Part shown: positions 1-12,235 of the stretch, piece after piece
Layout: each line of letters opens with the position of its first letter
Position numbering within the stretch: the first letter of the stretch is position 1
Source of the DNA: the human T2T-CHM13v2.0 reference genome, Homo sapiens
Assembly: GCF_009914755.1 (NCBI RefSeq)
Contig: NC_060928.1
Strand: one strand, 5' to 3'
Length of the DNA stretch: 64,000 nt
Notes under the pieces: generated by a model
Databases searched by the model: none
What the model was told of the DNA's origin: nothing
The model's input: the letters and a program-made list of their open reading frames with translations, nothing else
Made by a program: the position numbers and the translations under genes

Positions 1-157
1 TTCTTTTAAGTTTCAGCACACCTAGGGCTCCGAGGCCAATCCCGTTTCTTCTTAAGTTAATTTTAGAAATCTAGGTCACTAAATAAGTTATCAGCAAGAA
101 GTCAAGTTTTCTTATACTACTGCTGTGATCCTGTGACCCAGTTTAAAATGGTTGGCC

Positions 158-337
158 CTGGAGACAGACTGCCTGGTTTGCCTTCTGGATTGCTATCTAT
201 GTGCCTTTGGGCAAGTTACCTCATTTTCCTTTTCTGTAAAATTGGAATAATGTTACACTTAACTTGCTGGGGCTTTATAAGAAATAAATTTGAAACTCTG
301 TAAAAAGCAGCACAATGCCTAGTTTCCAAGCTATTAT
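158..337 (+). mobile_element. MIR SINE relic
   Basis: Degenerate MIR core (gtgcctttgggcaagttacc...tctgtaaaattggaataat) and MIR-like 3' end; boundaries approximate. Confidence 0.7.
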
Positions 338-352
338 TATCATCATTATCAA

Positions 353-395
<43 letters not shown>

Positions 396-405
396 GTCAT
401 CATCA
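338..405. repeat. (ATC)n trinucleotide microsatellite
   Basis: About 20 CAT/ATC units, read directly; gives the poly-Asp ORF at 216-416. Confidence 0.95.
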
Positions 406-1485
406 GTATTTGCCAATGTTGGATCACACTATAATGGGGCACATGTCATATTTCCCCAGAGCCTGAATGACTATCAATATTTATCTTTGAGTATGTCCAG
501 GGAAAGTTGCTCTCTAGCTTTGGGCGAGAGGGCAGGCAAGGGAGGTGGTCTAGAGAGTGAGGCCAAGAGTGAAGTGGTAACAAATAGAGTCTCCCAAAAT
601 AAAAAATCTTGAGCTGCTTAAGGCAAAAGTCAATAGACAAGAGTGGATCAACAGAAGATATTCCAGGAAAAATCCAGTACTCATAATTAGGCTCCAACAT
701 ACAAAGACTCACTGCTGAGCCTGTGTGCATCAGGATTGAACGGACTCACAAGAAAGACAACCTGTGGCCAAGTTAGGTCAGGTATCCAGAGATATATGAA
801 CACCATGACTCTGTTCCAGTAGTGTGTGAGTGGATAGAACAAACAAACAAACAAACAAAATAGAGAAGAGTAGTTAGTAGGAGGGCTAAAAGCAAGTAGA
901 AAGAAAATACTTATACAAGATTCAAAATGATTTTGTCGAAGCTGCTTTTTATTCATATTTGATGTGCTGGGCTGTCACTTTTGCAAGTCTCTACTTTGCC
1001 ATTCCATTTCTTCAAGAATTGCATCCTGCCATGCCCTTATCAGTAATCATACCTTTCCACCTCAGCCTGGGAGATGATTGCCCTCTAAAACTGCCACATC
1101 TCTCCTGGGTCTGTTATCTTCCCGGACCTTGGCTTGTTGCCATTTTAAATCCATCACTTCTTGGTTCCAATCATACAGTGGTTCACCTATTTGATTATGT
1201 ACAATAATTTCTTTCCAGTACCTGCTTTTTGACCCTTGAAAAGGCTACTGGTTTATCAGATCCTAGACTTTCAGGGCCGGGCTAGTGTTATTACCATTCA
1301 AGTTCTTATCTTGCCTCTGCTTAAATTTGGAAAATCCTCTCTCTAAGGAAGACACGTCATATAGATTTAGCCACAAGAACTCAATCAATAGGAGAAATTT
1401 TTCTTTATTGAAGCTTGTTAGATTTTGTTTTAATTTGGGTTGAAGTTTCTTTTAAATGCTCTGGCATCTTCAAAAATAAATATTA

Positions 1486-1530
1486 TTAGTTTGGCGCAAA
1501 AGTAATTGCAGTTTTGTTATTACTTTTAAT
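1486..1530 (+). mobile_element. MADE1 (Hsmar1-derived MITE), left half
   Basis: ttagtttggcgcaaaagtaattgcagttttgttattacttttaat matches the recalled MADE1 TIR TTAGGTTGGTGCAAAAGTAATTGCGGTTTTTGCCATTACTTTTAAT. Confidence 0.85.
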
Positions 1531-1652
1531 ATATTTTCCTTTAAATTAAAGACAATTGTATTTATGCATAGATATATTGCTGGTAAATGTAAAAATTAGT
1601 ATTACCCCCAAAGACAACAATTTGGCATTATCTATCAAAATTAAAAATTTCA

Positions 1653-1974
<322 letters not shown>

Positions 1975-2167
1975 TCACTTTTAGAAATTTTCCCTAAAGA
2001 CAAACTGGCTCTAGGATTAATGATGTATGAACCAAAATGCACATCTCAGCAGAGTCTCTAAGAACAAAAGACCAGACACTACTTAAATGCCCATCAATAG
2101 AACAGTGACTTAACACATTTAATTAATTATATGCAATAGAATAAAATTAGTTATCAAGTCTAACATA

Positions 2168-2330
2168 TTCATTTATTGAATAAATTCAAATATTTATTGT
2201 GTAATTATTATATGCCAGGCACTGTACTGGGCGTTAATAATGAGTGCAGTGAAAAAAACAGTTGAAAATATTTACTCTCATGTAATTAACATTCTAGTTG
2301 GGGGTCAGAGACAATAAACAAATAAAAAAT
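2168..2330 (-). mobile_element. L2 3' end fragment
   Basis: attcatttattg...aaatatttattgtg...tatgccaggcactgtactggg is the reverse complement of the L2 3' terminus. Confidence 0.65.
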
Positions 2331-4177
2331 GGTAGTTAGTTCTGGTTTTTCTTTTAAGCAGGTAAGAGAGATAGAGAGCATGAAGTGTTGAAATGCTGTA
2401 TTTAAAATGAGAAGAGGTTTTCAGTACCAATATAGAATAATTCCTAATGTATATTATGTGAGAAAAGGAAGGTATTTAACAGTATGTAAAACATACAAAT
2501 GCACACCCACAAGACTATTTGCTTATATAAAATATCTCCGAAAGAAACTAATAAACTGATAACATTGGTTATCTCCACAGAGGAATACTGGGTGAACAGG
2601 GGCAGGAGGGAAAATTTCATTTTATGCTTTTAAAATTTTGTATCATGTAAATGTATTTATTTTAAAAAGCAAATTGATACAAAAACAAATTTAAATTTCC
2701 ATATACTTCTAATGTCCTAATTTCAGAAAAGTCACGTAACATCTTTGGAATATATGAATGGTTTACGGTTTTGGGTAAATACTTCTGATTATAAATATCT
2801 TAATAATATGAAAAAAATTATTCACACTTCTTCTACAAGTTTGTTCTGCAGAATGACTTGATGTAGTTAGTCCCCATTCCAAAAGCCATAAGAATGCGGT
2901 CAAAGGGCAGGGATAAGGGTGTTTTGAGTAATTGTTTTACAAGGCCTTTGCTGAACACTTGTAGTGACTTGAGTTAGCACTGTCATTGGCACTTCAAAGA
3001 TATATTCAACATTTTGATGGGTCCAGCCCAATCATATAATGCATTTCAGGATTTGTGGAATTGACAAGTAGTATGAAGGTGCGTTCTTAAGAGCTGCAAT
3101 GGGGCAGGCACATGCCTCTCACAAACTAAAGATGAGGAAACAGAAAATTCCATCGACATTCCCACAGATATTGTGGGCTGAGAAAAGTAAGACTCCTTTG
3201 GCTTAAGAAAGAGTTTTCACTAAAATTAAACAGTATCTGCATTTTGTTCGTTTTGTTTCTTTCCCTTTCCTTCTGAAAGTAATATTCCACCTTTAATCTG
3301 TTCCTTCCATTCTTGACTTTGTAGTCTTTCAAGGTCTTGAATGTGTAATAGACTCCTGGTGGGAATGAGATTAAGTTGTGAAATTCTGCTTTGTGTCACC
3401 AGTGAGATAGCTGGTGTCTTTTTCTTAGCCATTTAATACTCTACTACTCCTATGCTTCTGAATTCTTAACAAGCTCCTTTGCTGCTACTCAAGCAAAGCT
3501 CCTCATATGCTCTCAGACACAGAAAAGTATAACTCACGAGTAACTGATATGTGCTTAAACTTTCCAGCTTCTGAAGCTTCACGTATGGCTTTTCTGTTGG
3601 CTGTTTTATGATTGTGCAAACAGAATCACAAAACTAAAATCCAGAAGGAAGTTTATGTATCATTCAGTGCAAGTACTCAGGTGAGTGAACTAAGGTCTAG
3701 GAGAACTAGCTTGCTCAGGAATCCACAGTAAGGAGCTGAGCCAGGGCTAGAGCCAAATGTTACCTCCGGTCAGTTGCTTTCAGGAATAAATCAAGTCTCA
3801 AACTTGCCATGCATCTGCCAGCTCTCTTGCTTTCTTCTCACAGGAAACATAAGGTCCATGGCTATTTCTTTTGATCTCCTATGCCTAGAATTACCTCAAT
3901 TCATAATTCTGGTCATTTAAGCCTCTGAGGATTAATCTTCTCCCTGATGTACTGGGAAGTGTATAATCAAAAACAATACCACCATTTCCTGTGGTTCTAG
4001 CAGGGGAAAAAGTTGGCTTGATTTATGCTTTACCAGACATTAGCCATGATTCCCAGTCATTGCTGAGGGGGTAGGGAGGGAGTAACTTCATTGCAACATG
4101 TTAAAATTAGCAGGGCATCCAAGACATAATAAACTTCTTTGTGCCTATGAAATTTTTACCACAGTGACAGCTAGATA

Positions 4178-4668
4178 TGATTTTAGGTTTCCCAGAAGAA
4201 GACAATAAGACAAGAGTTTGTGTGCAAGTGATTCAGTACAGTTGGAGTCAGTACAGTACAGTATAGGAGATGCCTGTGAATAGATGAGGGAAGCAAGGAA
4301 GGAAGGAGAAGACTAGCAAGGGTATAATTTCAGGTAAACTTTCAACCTCAGGTTCATCCTGATGGGGAGCCCTGGAACCTAAATTAAACCTCAGATTTGT
4401 TCCTCCTTGGGGCAAGGTTGCTGAGATTTTATAATCTGTGCCTGTCTGTCCTTGGTGAGGGCTATCCTTGAGGGCATGTTACCACCATGGATGCTGGCTG
4501 GCTGTGCATTGCAGGCACCATGGTGCCAGTGGCCCAAGGGCAGTCCTTCAAAGAGACTTAGAGATGCCAGTCTCTAGGAGCCAAGCATGTTGAAGCCAGA
4601 GGATGGGCACACAGAAAGAGTCAGAAGAATCTGAGGAGAATTGCTGGAGTACTGATAGCTTCTGCTTC
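4178..4668 (-). mobile_element. ERVL solo LTR, LTR16 family
   Basis: taggtttcccagaag...tttgtgtgcaagtgatt...catcctgatggggagccctgga...ccttggggcaagg matches the recalled LTR16 reverse strand. Confidence 0.65.
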
Positions 4669-5934
4669 AAATGTTGCTATATTACCTGTCCAAAATAGAA
4701 TGGACAAAAATATGACCAATTACTGAAGCCTGTTATTAAAAACCAGGTCTTTGCTTTCTATTTAAAACAATGACTCAGCACCACCATATCTATATTTTTT
4801 TCTAAAATGAATACGTATATTTCTAGAATATACATATATACAAGCATACACACTCATAAATATATACATATATGCACACACTAGGGTTACATATATTTGT
4901 TTAAATGTATTCATATAAATAAAAACATTACTCTTACAATCATAATATTTCATGCCTCTAAAAATGTTCCTTAGGGATTTATTTTTCTCCCTTTAAGTCT
5001 CACCAACTCATTTAAGATCCTGATGACTTTACTAGAACATGTTGGAACCATTATTTTATATATCTTTCAATTTACAAAACAATAAACAGACCAGACGACC
5101 AGTTTTTTCCTTTATCGGGCAAGTAGCAGTCAAGGTTTGTTTGCATCTGTCTATTCTTTGGTATGTAGTTAAAATGCTTTCTCTCCTCAAAAGAAAAATT
5201 AAAGTTAAACAAAAGGGCAGGTTTTTATCAAATATTTACACATTGGAAGATTAAAGAGTTAGAGAGATCTTCACTTCTTAGTGACCCAATCACCATATTT
5301 TGCTTGTTTAATGTTGCCTACATTGTCACTCAGGATTATCAATAATGAGAATAGAATACGTTTAAGAGCAATAGGTCCTTTGTGGACCTGTTTACTTATT
5401 TCTAATGTAAAATTTCTGAACTTTAGGATATATAAATAAATATCAAAAGCAAAACACCATGTGAAAATCATACATTTACTTGGGCCATAGACACATGGAT
5501 TAAATAAAAATTTTTTAATAAAAAATTCTTTTTTAGTAAAAGAATTATTTTGTCTGGCCTAAAAATCACATGAACCCAATATGAAAATATTCATATATAT
5601 TGCTCAAAAGCTCTCAAAAGTTGGCAGTTATGTCTATTTGGTTAAGAGATCAATATATGCAAACAAACAGTTATTAAATAATTAACTTTATTTAGTTAGA
5701 CCAATTATCTCAAAACATAAGCCCTATGAGTGCAACATAATAGAAGAGAGTCTGGCTAAAAAGGTTGAGAACATCTTCACCCATCTCCTCCCCATCTCCA
5801 GATCTCCAGGGTGGTTTAAATATCTAGGACTGGCCATTAAGTAATCAATAATCATGGCCTCTATATTTAATATTCAAGCAAAACCTCCTGTAGACTTATT
5901 CCAGTGCTGCTAGCCATTTCACACCTTAATATTT

Positions 5935-6120
5935 AGAGCTCCCACATACCCTTGTAAAGTACATGAATTGTGCAATGATGCCAGGCTGCGAGGGGGGAGT
6001 GGGGGCTGAAATCCACCCCTGCCCAGGAGCCAAGCTGTGGCCCACAGGGCTATACCTACACGGAGGGGGTGCCTTTTCCTAATTAGCAAATCACACCACA
6101 GAGACTAATGGCATTTCTGT
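5935..6120. mobile_element. MER91-like hAT-Tip100 MITE
   Basis: GC-rich block ggggctgaaatcca...gccaagctgtg...ggtgccttttcctaatt resembles recalled MER91B/C. Confidence 0.5.
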
Positions 6121-6297
6121 TCATCTTGGTGACATAAACATATCTGACCAGATATTCTTCTCTGTGGGTCTAAAATGTTATCCTTCAGCCTAGAAAGAAA
6201 GACTCTCAACAACCTAGAAATCAAATTATGAACAACTAATTACGGCATTTTCAAAATATTCCAAACTTTGTTTCAAGATACCAAGAAAAAACTGTAC

Positions 6298-6301
<4 letters not shown>

Positions 6302-6336
<35 letters not shown>

Positions 6337-6342
6337 TACACA
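6302..6342. repeat. (CA)n microsatellite
   Basis: About 15 perfect AC units plus a degenerate tail. Confidence 0.95.
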
Positions 6343-7354
6343 TAGACAAACATGCAGATACGTTTGTGTATAGGTGAAAATAGCTAGAGAACAGATTCAG
6401 ATACAGGAAAACATATTTTCTTATATGGGTCAGGTAACTGATTTCAACAGCCACATTCCAGGACAAGACATTTTGTCATATAAAATGGGAGTATTCACAG
6501 GGTCAGAGAAAACACAGCCTTTTCAGATTCTGTAATTTCCTTAATCCACTCAATACACAACTAGGATCCAATGCTGGCTTTTATGACCTAAACAAAATTA
6601 TCCCTGTAGGTTCCAAAATTAACCTAACTCTTTCACCAAGTATTTATGACTAGCGTATTATATTCATTAAACCCAAATGTCACAATGTATTTTTTATAAA
6701 TAATCTAATCTTTAAAATATCCAAGCTGCCCTTCCATGTCCTCAGGGAGCTTGTACAGTTTCCATAGTTATAACATGTGGACAAGACAAGACTGACTGTC
6801 AAGTGGTATACCTTTTCATTTACCATTTTCTAATTTATTTCCACTGCTTCATTTATTAGATTCTGTTCCAAAACTGAAAAATATTACACGTAGAAAATTG
6901 TCCCCATTTTTTAATCCAAACTTGGCTTTTCTTCCTTGATAGAAAAAAAAAAAAGCAGTTTTAGTCAATTGATAATTACACTATCGGCTAATGGAGAACT
7001 GTCAAAAGTTTAACTCTTTCTTTTCTGAGCAGTGATCTTACTGTCATCCAAATAACAGCCAGTCATGTAATCTTTCCATTTCTCTTGCCCTTCCCATAGC
7101 CTGCTCAAACACAAAGACACACACACACACACTTGCACACTCACACAGAGGGGCTAGAGAGAAAATCTACTTCTCCATTAGATATACTCATCCATCTATT
7201 GCTCTTGCAAAGACAGGACCCAGGTTTATAAAAGTGTTAATTATTAGAGGAAGATGTAGATAAAGAATATGATGATACTGTGAAGAAATAATCTGGAACC
7301 ATCTGAAAATTCTGAAAAGAAAATATTATAGGAAAGGAAAATAACTAGTGAGTA

Positions 7355-7700
7355 ATTAACATCACTTACTATGCCTTGCACTGGGCTACCTCTTACAGTA
7401 AATACAAAAATAATATAGTCACATCCCTAGGCATCATGCAGCTTGCCATCTGCTTAGGGAAATAATGTAATAGCACCTGAAATTATTAGAGAATATGTTA
7501 GTACTACTAAAAGTCAAAACAGAATTCAGACATTCAATGGTTTGCAGTGGTCAGGAAAATTTTTATGAATGTGAAGGGGCTTGAACTGGGTCTTCACATG
7601 AGTAATATTTAGATGAGGGGAAGATTGGAGAAAGCATTCAGAGCAAAGGATAAAGCAGAAGCCATCCTGGGGAGAAAGAGTTGAAGAAAACATGTGGGGC
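7355..7700 (-). mobile_element. L2 fragment
   Basis: cacttactatgcc..., ggtcaggaaa...gcttgaactgggtctt...agcattcagagcaaagg are typical antisense L2 motifs. Confidence 0.5.
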
Positions 7701-7777
7701 AGGATGGGGAAGTCGAGGGAGAAGACTAAAGCAACAGAAATAGAGAACATTCTAGAATATAATTTTGCACTTTTCAG

Positions 7778-7932
7778 GTAGATGCTGAGCTGTATGACTG
7801 CCTGCTTATTCGTCTCACAGTTGAAATTAGAGTATCCTCATTTAAAACTACAAATTTACATATTTTCCCAACTGTTCTTTGATGGAACGGTCCACCTCCA
7901 GGGCAGTCAGCTATTGACAATTGCTCAGAGAG
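7778..7932 (+). other. Candidate 155-nt non-coding exon
   Basis: Acceptor ttttgcacttttcag|g at 7777/7778 and donor gag|gtaagt at 7932/7933; stops in all three frames. Confidence 0.3.
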
Positions 7933-8997
7933 GTAAGTAGGGAAAAAAATATTTAAATAATTCAGTACGCATTTCAAAGTAGAATTTTTCAAAAACGCAG
8001 AAGCTATTTTAAAAACATAAACACAAAGCATGTCATTCTTCCTTCCTCCCTCAAAGGACAATGGTCGTGCTGTGTAAGAACAGAAACAAGTATATCTAGC
8101 ATACTGACTGTGGAGGCCGCAAACACCGCTAGTTCTCCTGAGAATTAGAAGCCCCGAGCCTGAGCTACGTGGTATCTGTGAAGCACAAGTCAAATCATGA
8201 GATTTACATATGAAAAGTTGTATGCCTTTCACCTCTGAGGCATATCAGAGATAGACTCAATTTCCTGGTTCTAAAGGCCGACTTCAAGGTGCCTATTACA
8301 GGCAGAGACCCACCCTTTACCCTGTGAAAGTACAAATTCCATTTCTGTCTCCGCAGCTCAGTAATAGTCCCTCTGCCCCCTCCAAAAGCATGCAACAAAG
8401 GAGTAATTCCCACTGTGTGTACCTTTCTGGAGCTGATGCAGGGACAAGGTGACATTTGCTCTGTTTTAGTCCTCACGTTACTGACAATGACTCCTGTATC
8501 TTGCGTGGGCTTGAATAAAGCCACTGCATGTGAAACGTTGATGCTAATGATGACTGTGGAGACTCCTGTCATTTACTCTCTAGTCCTCTGACATTTCTGT
8601 TTCCACTTTGATTTCTTTTGGCTCACACTGTAAGCTAGATTTTCTTCATGGCACCCTGCTTGGCAGGAGAATCTTGTCTGACCTGGAAATAGTGACATTG
8701 TGTTCTGGAAAAACCTCTGCAGGGAGTTGAATCAAAGGAAGAAATAAATGCAATTCTCTGCAAAACCTGTCTGTTGTCACCAGGGATGCTCCCTGCAGGG
8801 ACCTTTCAGTAGAAGGGATCCCAAGCAGATGAGTGCTGTGCTGCACAGTGTTTATGCATGTCACCTATTGGTGTGCACAAAACACACAATCCAACATTTG
8901 ACACAGCTACATTCCAGTTCCAGATTACATGTGAAATCTGACAAACTCATAACCTGATTAGAATAAACTGTACCCACCTCTGCTGTTTTTACAATTA

Positions 8998-9321
8998 CAG
9001 TCATGTGTCACTTAATGATGTGGATTCATTCTGAGAATGCATCATTAAGTGTTATTAGTACATTGTAGTCTGTACTTACACAAACCTAGATGGTATAGCC
9101 TACGGTAACACACCTAAGCTATATGGTATAGCCTATTGCTCCTAGGCTAGAAACCTGTACAGAATGTTACTGTACTGAATACTGTAGGTGACTGTAAACA
9201 ATGACAAGTATTTGTGTTTCTAAATACAAGGTACAGTAAAAATATAGTATTGTAATCTTATAGGACCACCATGTGTAATGGTCATCATTGACCAATGTGT
9301 CATTATATTGGCACATTACGG
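8998..9321 (+). mobile_element. Tigger3a (MER7-type) TcMar-Tigger non-autonomous element
   Basis: CAGTCATGTGTCACTTAATG start, internal ACACAAACCTAGATGGTATAGCCTAC, degenerate right TIR, TA on both sides. Confidence 0.85.
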
Positions 9322-9509
9322 TACCTAAATTTCAATAATGTCTTTCATTTCTTTTCCTTTGAAGGGGAATGATTTTTTAATATGCTGGTTTTATGGTGGT
9401 TTTTAGAAATGGTGCCTGAATTATGAACAAAGCGGTATGAAAGAGGTATGTAAAATTGTTGTATAAACTCCATGGGAAGGGGAGAGAACTGGTTGTGTTT
9501 GGCAGTGAA

Positions 9510-9860
9510 AGGGTACTGGAAGACAGGAGAAGAGAGAGGCCAGAATATTTCTTCCCTGACTCCTCCCTGTTTTGAGGCTGTACCTCTGGCAGTAGTTCCA
9601 TCCCTCCATACACGTCTCTGACTAGAGCCCGCCTGGTGAAGCCTCTGCCAGAATCTCAGCACTCCTGGGGATCTAATGACTCTGTTTCCTCACCTCCTCC
9701 TTCAAATCTAGGGTTGGCAAAAGCCTCCCACTATGCTAGTTCCTGAGCACCTCATCATCATTTGTTTGCTCAAAATTCTGAAAGTAGTCCCCTCATTGCA
9801 GCCTCTTTATTTGAACCATCTAAATAAAATTCTGTACCCTGCCAGGAGCTTGACTGATAG
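9510..9860 (+). mobile_element. ERVL LTR33-like LTR fragment
   Basis: 3' end agtcccctcattgcagcctct...ccctgccaggagcttgactgata resembles the recalled LTR33 terminus. Confidence 0.55.
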
Positions 9861-9864
9861 GCCA

Positions 9865-10058
9865 TCAGAGAGTGTTAGAACTTGGAGGCATCTTAGAGAC
9901 TGGAGTGCAGTAGCCTCATTTTAAAAACAAGGGAACCAAGTTTCTGAGAAGTAAAGTGACTCACCCAAGGTCTCACAACCAGCAACTAAATGAGTTGAAA
10001 TAGATATGAATTTCAGGTCTTCTGACTCTTGGCTTGGCTCTCATTATTCCACAGTGCC
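9865..10058 (-). mobile_element. MIR SINE
   Basis: ctcatttt...aagtgactcacccaaggtctcacaacc...caggtcttctgactc is the antisense MIR core. Confidence 0.7.
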
Positions 10059-11094
10059 AGATAAGTTCCTGTGTTGTTGGCTTGTAAAAAGGGAGAATAA
10101 ACTTAAGTATGTCAATCACATTCCAATGCAAATTTTATGTGTAAATTAATTTTTATGTATTGATATGTACAGAGAAGGACTTTGATCTGTATATTAAGTA
10201 GATAGATGGCAACTTAAGACACAGAGCAAAGGGTTTTGTTGTGTAATTTTTGTTGTGCTAATGTTACATTTCAGCATTCTTATTTCTTTACTCCAAATAT
10301 AACACTTTTTTAAATGGCTCAGATACCTAAATTATCACATATTCTAATTTCATACAAGTGTAATAAAATGTTTTAAAATTTATTCATGTGCCATTTGAAT
10401 AAAAATTAAAGGGTGGAGGAAGTATTCTTCTTCAAATGGACTCAAACGTGATGAGAGCAAGTCTGAAGGCCTGAGTTCCAGCCCCAGGCCCATCGCTGAC
10501 TCAATAGCTTCTTTCTCTGGGTATCAGTGTACACATCCTAAACAAAATTTATTTGAAGCATTAAAATAAGTTTATCTAAAGAGATTAATTTTTATGTTCT
10601 TTTCCATCTCCACTATTCAGTAATTCTATGAAAGAGAAAATTGACTCAAGAACCCCTTCTCAAGGACTGCCATCAATAAAATATTGAAAAAATTTCAAAT
10701 AAAATTTTTGTCTTGCCTTTCACATTATTTTTATCTATTTAATTTTATAAGTACAAGTAAATAAAGAAAATGTAATACTATTTCTTTATCAGTGCTGGAA
10801 TTCATGGAAAATATAATGTCAAAAAATAGAATTCTGGTATCTCTTTGCTATGCTATATAATTGTGGAACAGTTGCTCTTAATGTTTTTTGGTCATTGACT
10901 ACTCTCAGGGACTTTTATGGGTTGTCTACAATTTCAGGGGTCCACAAAATAAGTCTTCCATGTACTCACCATCAAAAATTCCTTTTTACTAGCATGCAAA
11001 TAATGATACATTTTATGATCACATTCCCATTTTCTACTTTGCCCCAGTGGTCCTTTCTTGTAACTGTGAAATACTTAACACAGACTTTAGTGTG

Positions 11095-11347
11095 ACAATA
11101 GGGGTTTTGTCCCAGGTTTTTTACCACCTACCTGAGTGAGCTCGACAAGTTACTCAATTCCTTGTGTCTCGGCTTCCTTATCTTTGAAATAGAGCAAACA
11201 TTCTGTTATTATGAGGTAAAATTAGGTAATATATGGAAAACTGCTCCAAGTACAGTAAAGTACTTCTCTAAGTTGGTTACTATTTTTCCAGTACATAACA
11301 TAATACCTGACCAAGTAGGTGCTCAATAAATATTTGAAAAATGAATA
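11095..11347 (+). mobile_element. MIR followed by an L2 3' tail
   Basis: acaagttactcaattccttgtgtctcggcttccttatct (MIR core); gtaggtgctcaataaatatttgaaaaatgaat (L2 end). Confidence 0.6.
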
Positions 11348-11705
11348 CAGTAGGTAAATAAAATGGTGACCATTTCCCTTCAAATTCTCTGTTGAGATTT
11401 AGATTGTTACCATGAGAGTTTATGTTTACTGACCTAGGTCTTCAACTTGAAAGTATTGCTCATTATCTTAGTTACCTCTGTGTTAAAAAGCATTATGTTA
11501 AAAGATGTTAAAGGCTGTATTATACTACAAAGCAATAAAAAAAAAACTATTGAAAGCTATAGCGTGAATCCTTTGGGTCAACAATGAAGAATAACATTTT
11601 GTTATTCATAACAATTTGTTGTTATGAAAGTGCCTCACAGAAATAGAAGTAACAGCTTTCTTTCCTTTCTTCTCTTCCCTAGAGAAGCTCACAGTTTAGT
11701 AAATG

Positions 11706-12099
11706 CGTCAGTTGAATCATGCTAACTTCTACCGTGGTAAAAACTAATTCTTAAAATCTCAGTCTCCTAAAGTAACTGAAGTTTATTTCTCACTCATGAT
11801 CTACGTTTCTTACATGTCTCTTAAGACCTCTGTTTTTTGTAATTAATCATGGGCCAGGCTGATAAAACAGGTATCATCTCAAACATTTCTAGCTGCTGTC
11901 CCAGGGAGGTATAGTTCTGGAGGGTTTCATATAAGCAATCAGATGTTCCTGCCCAGAAGTAGCATACATCTCATCTGCTCACAGCTGTTCAGAACTAGTC
12001 ACACAGCCAACTACAGTGGCCTAGGAAGTGCAATTCTACCATATCCCCAGAATGCAGAGCACCAGAAATACATGGCAAGCTGCACTAAGGACCACCGTA
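11706..12099 (-). mobile_element. Old MaLR LTR (MLT1J/K/L-like)
   Basis: aaatctcagt...aagtttatttctcactcatg...cccagaagtagcatacatc...agaactagtcacacagcc...ggaagtgcaattctacc. Confidence 0.65.
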
Positions 12100-12194
12100 G
12101 TAGGGGTATTATTGTTTTAGATGATCTCAGTTTACACTTAACTCATTCATCCATTGAGAAATAGTGATCCAAACCAAGCAAGATCTTCCCTGTG

Positions 12195-12235
12195 TTTTTT
12201 TTTTCTTTTTCTTTTCTTTTTTTTTTTTTTTTTTT
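12195..12235. repeat. Poly(T)/T-rich tract
   Basis: About 40 nt of T with three C interruptions. Confidence 0.9.

Noticed and set aside
216-416. Poly-Asp ORF
   Set aside because: It is the translation of the (ATC)n microsatellite and a MIR; no gene context.
2346-2367. Plus-strand tttttcttttaagcag|gtaaga RS-like motif
   Set aside because: It lies in an L2/L1 mosaic, opposite to the inferred host strand, with a tandem AAGCAG acceptor; it shows such motifs arise by chance.
7774-8232. 152-aa minus-strand ORF
   Set aside because: No recognisable domain or coding-like composition, and no supporting splice structure.
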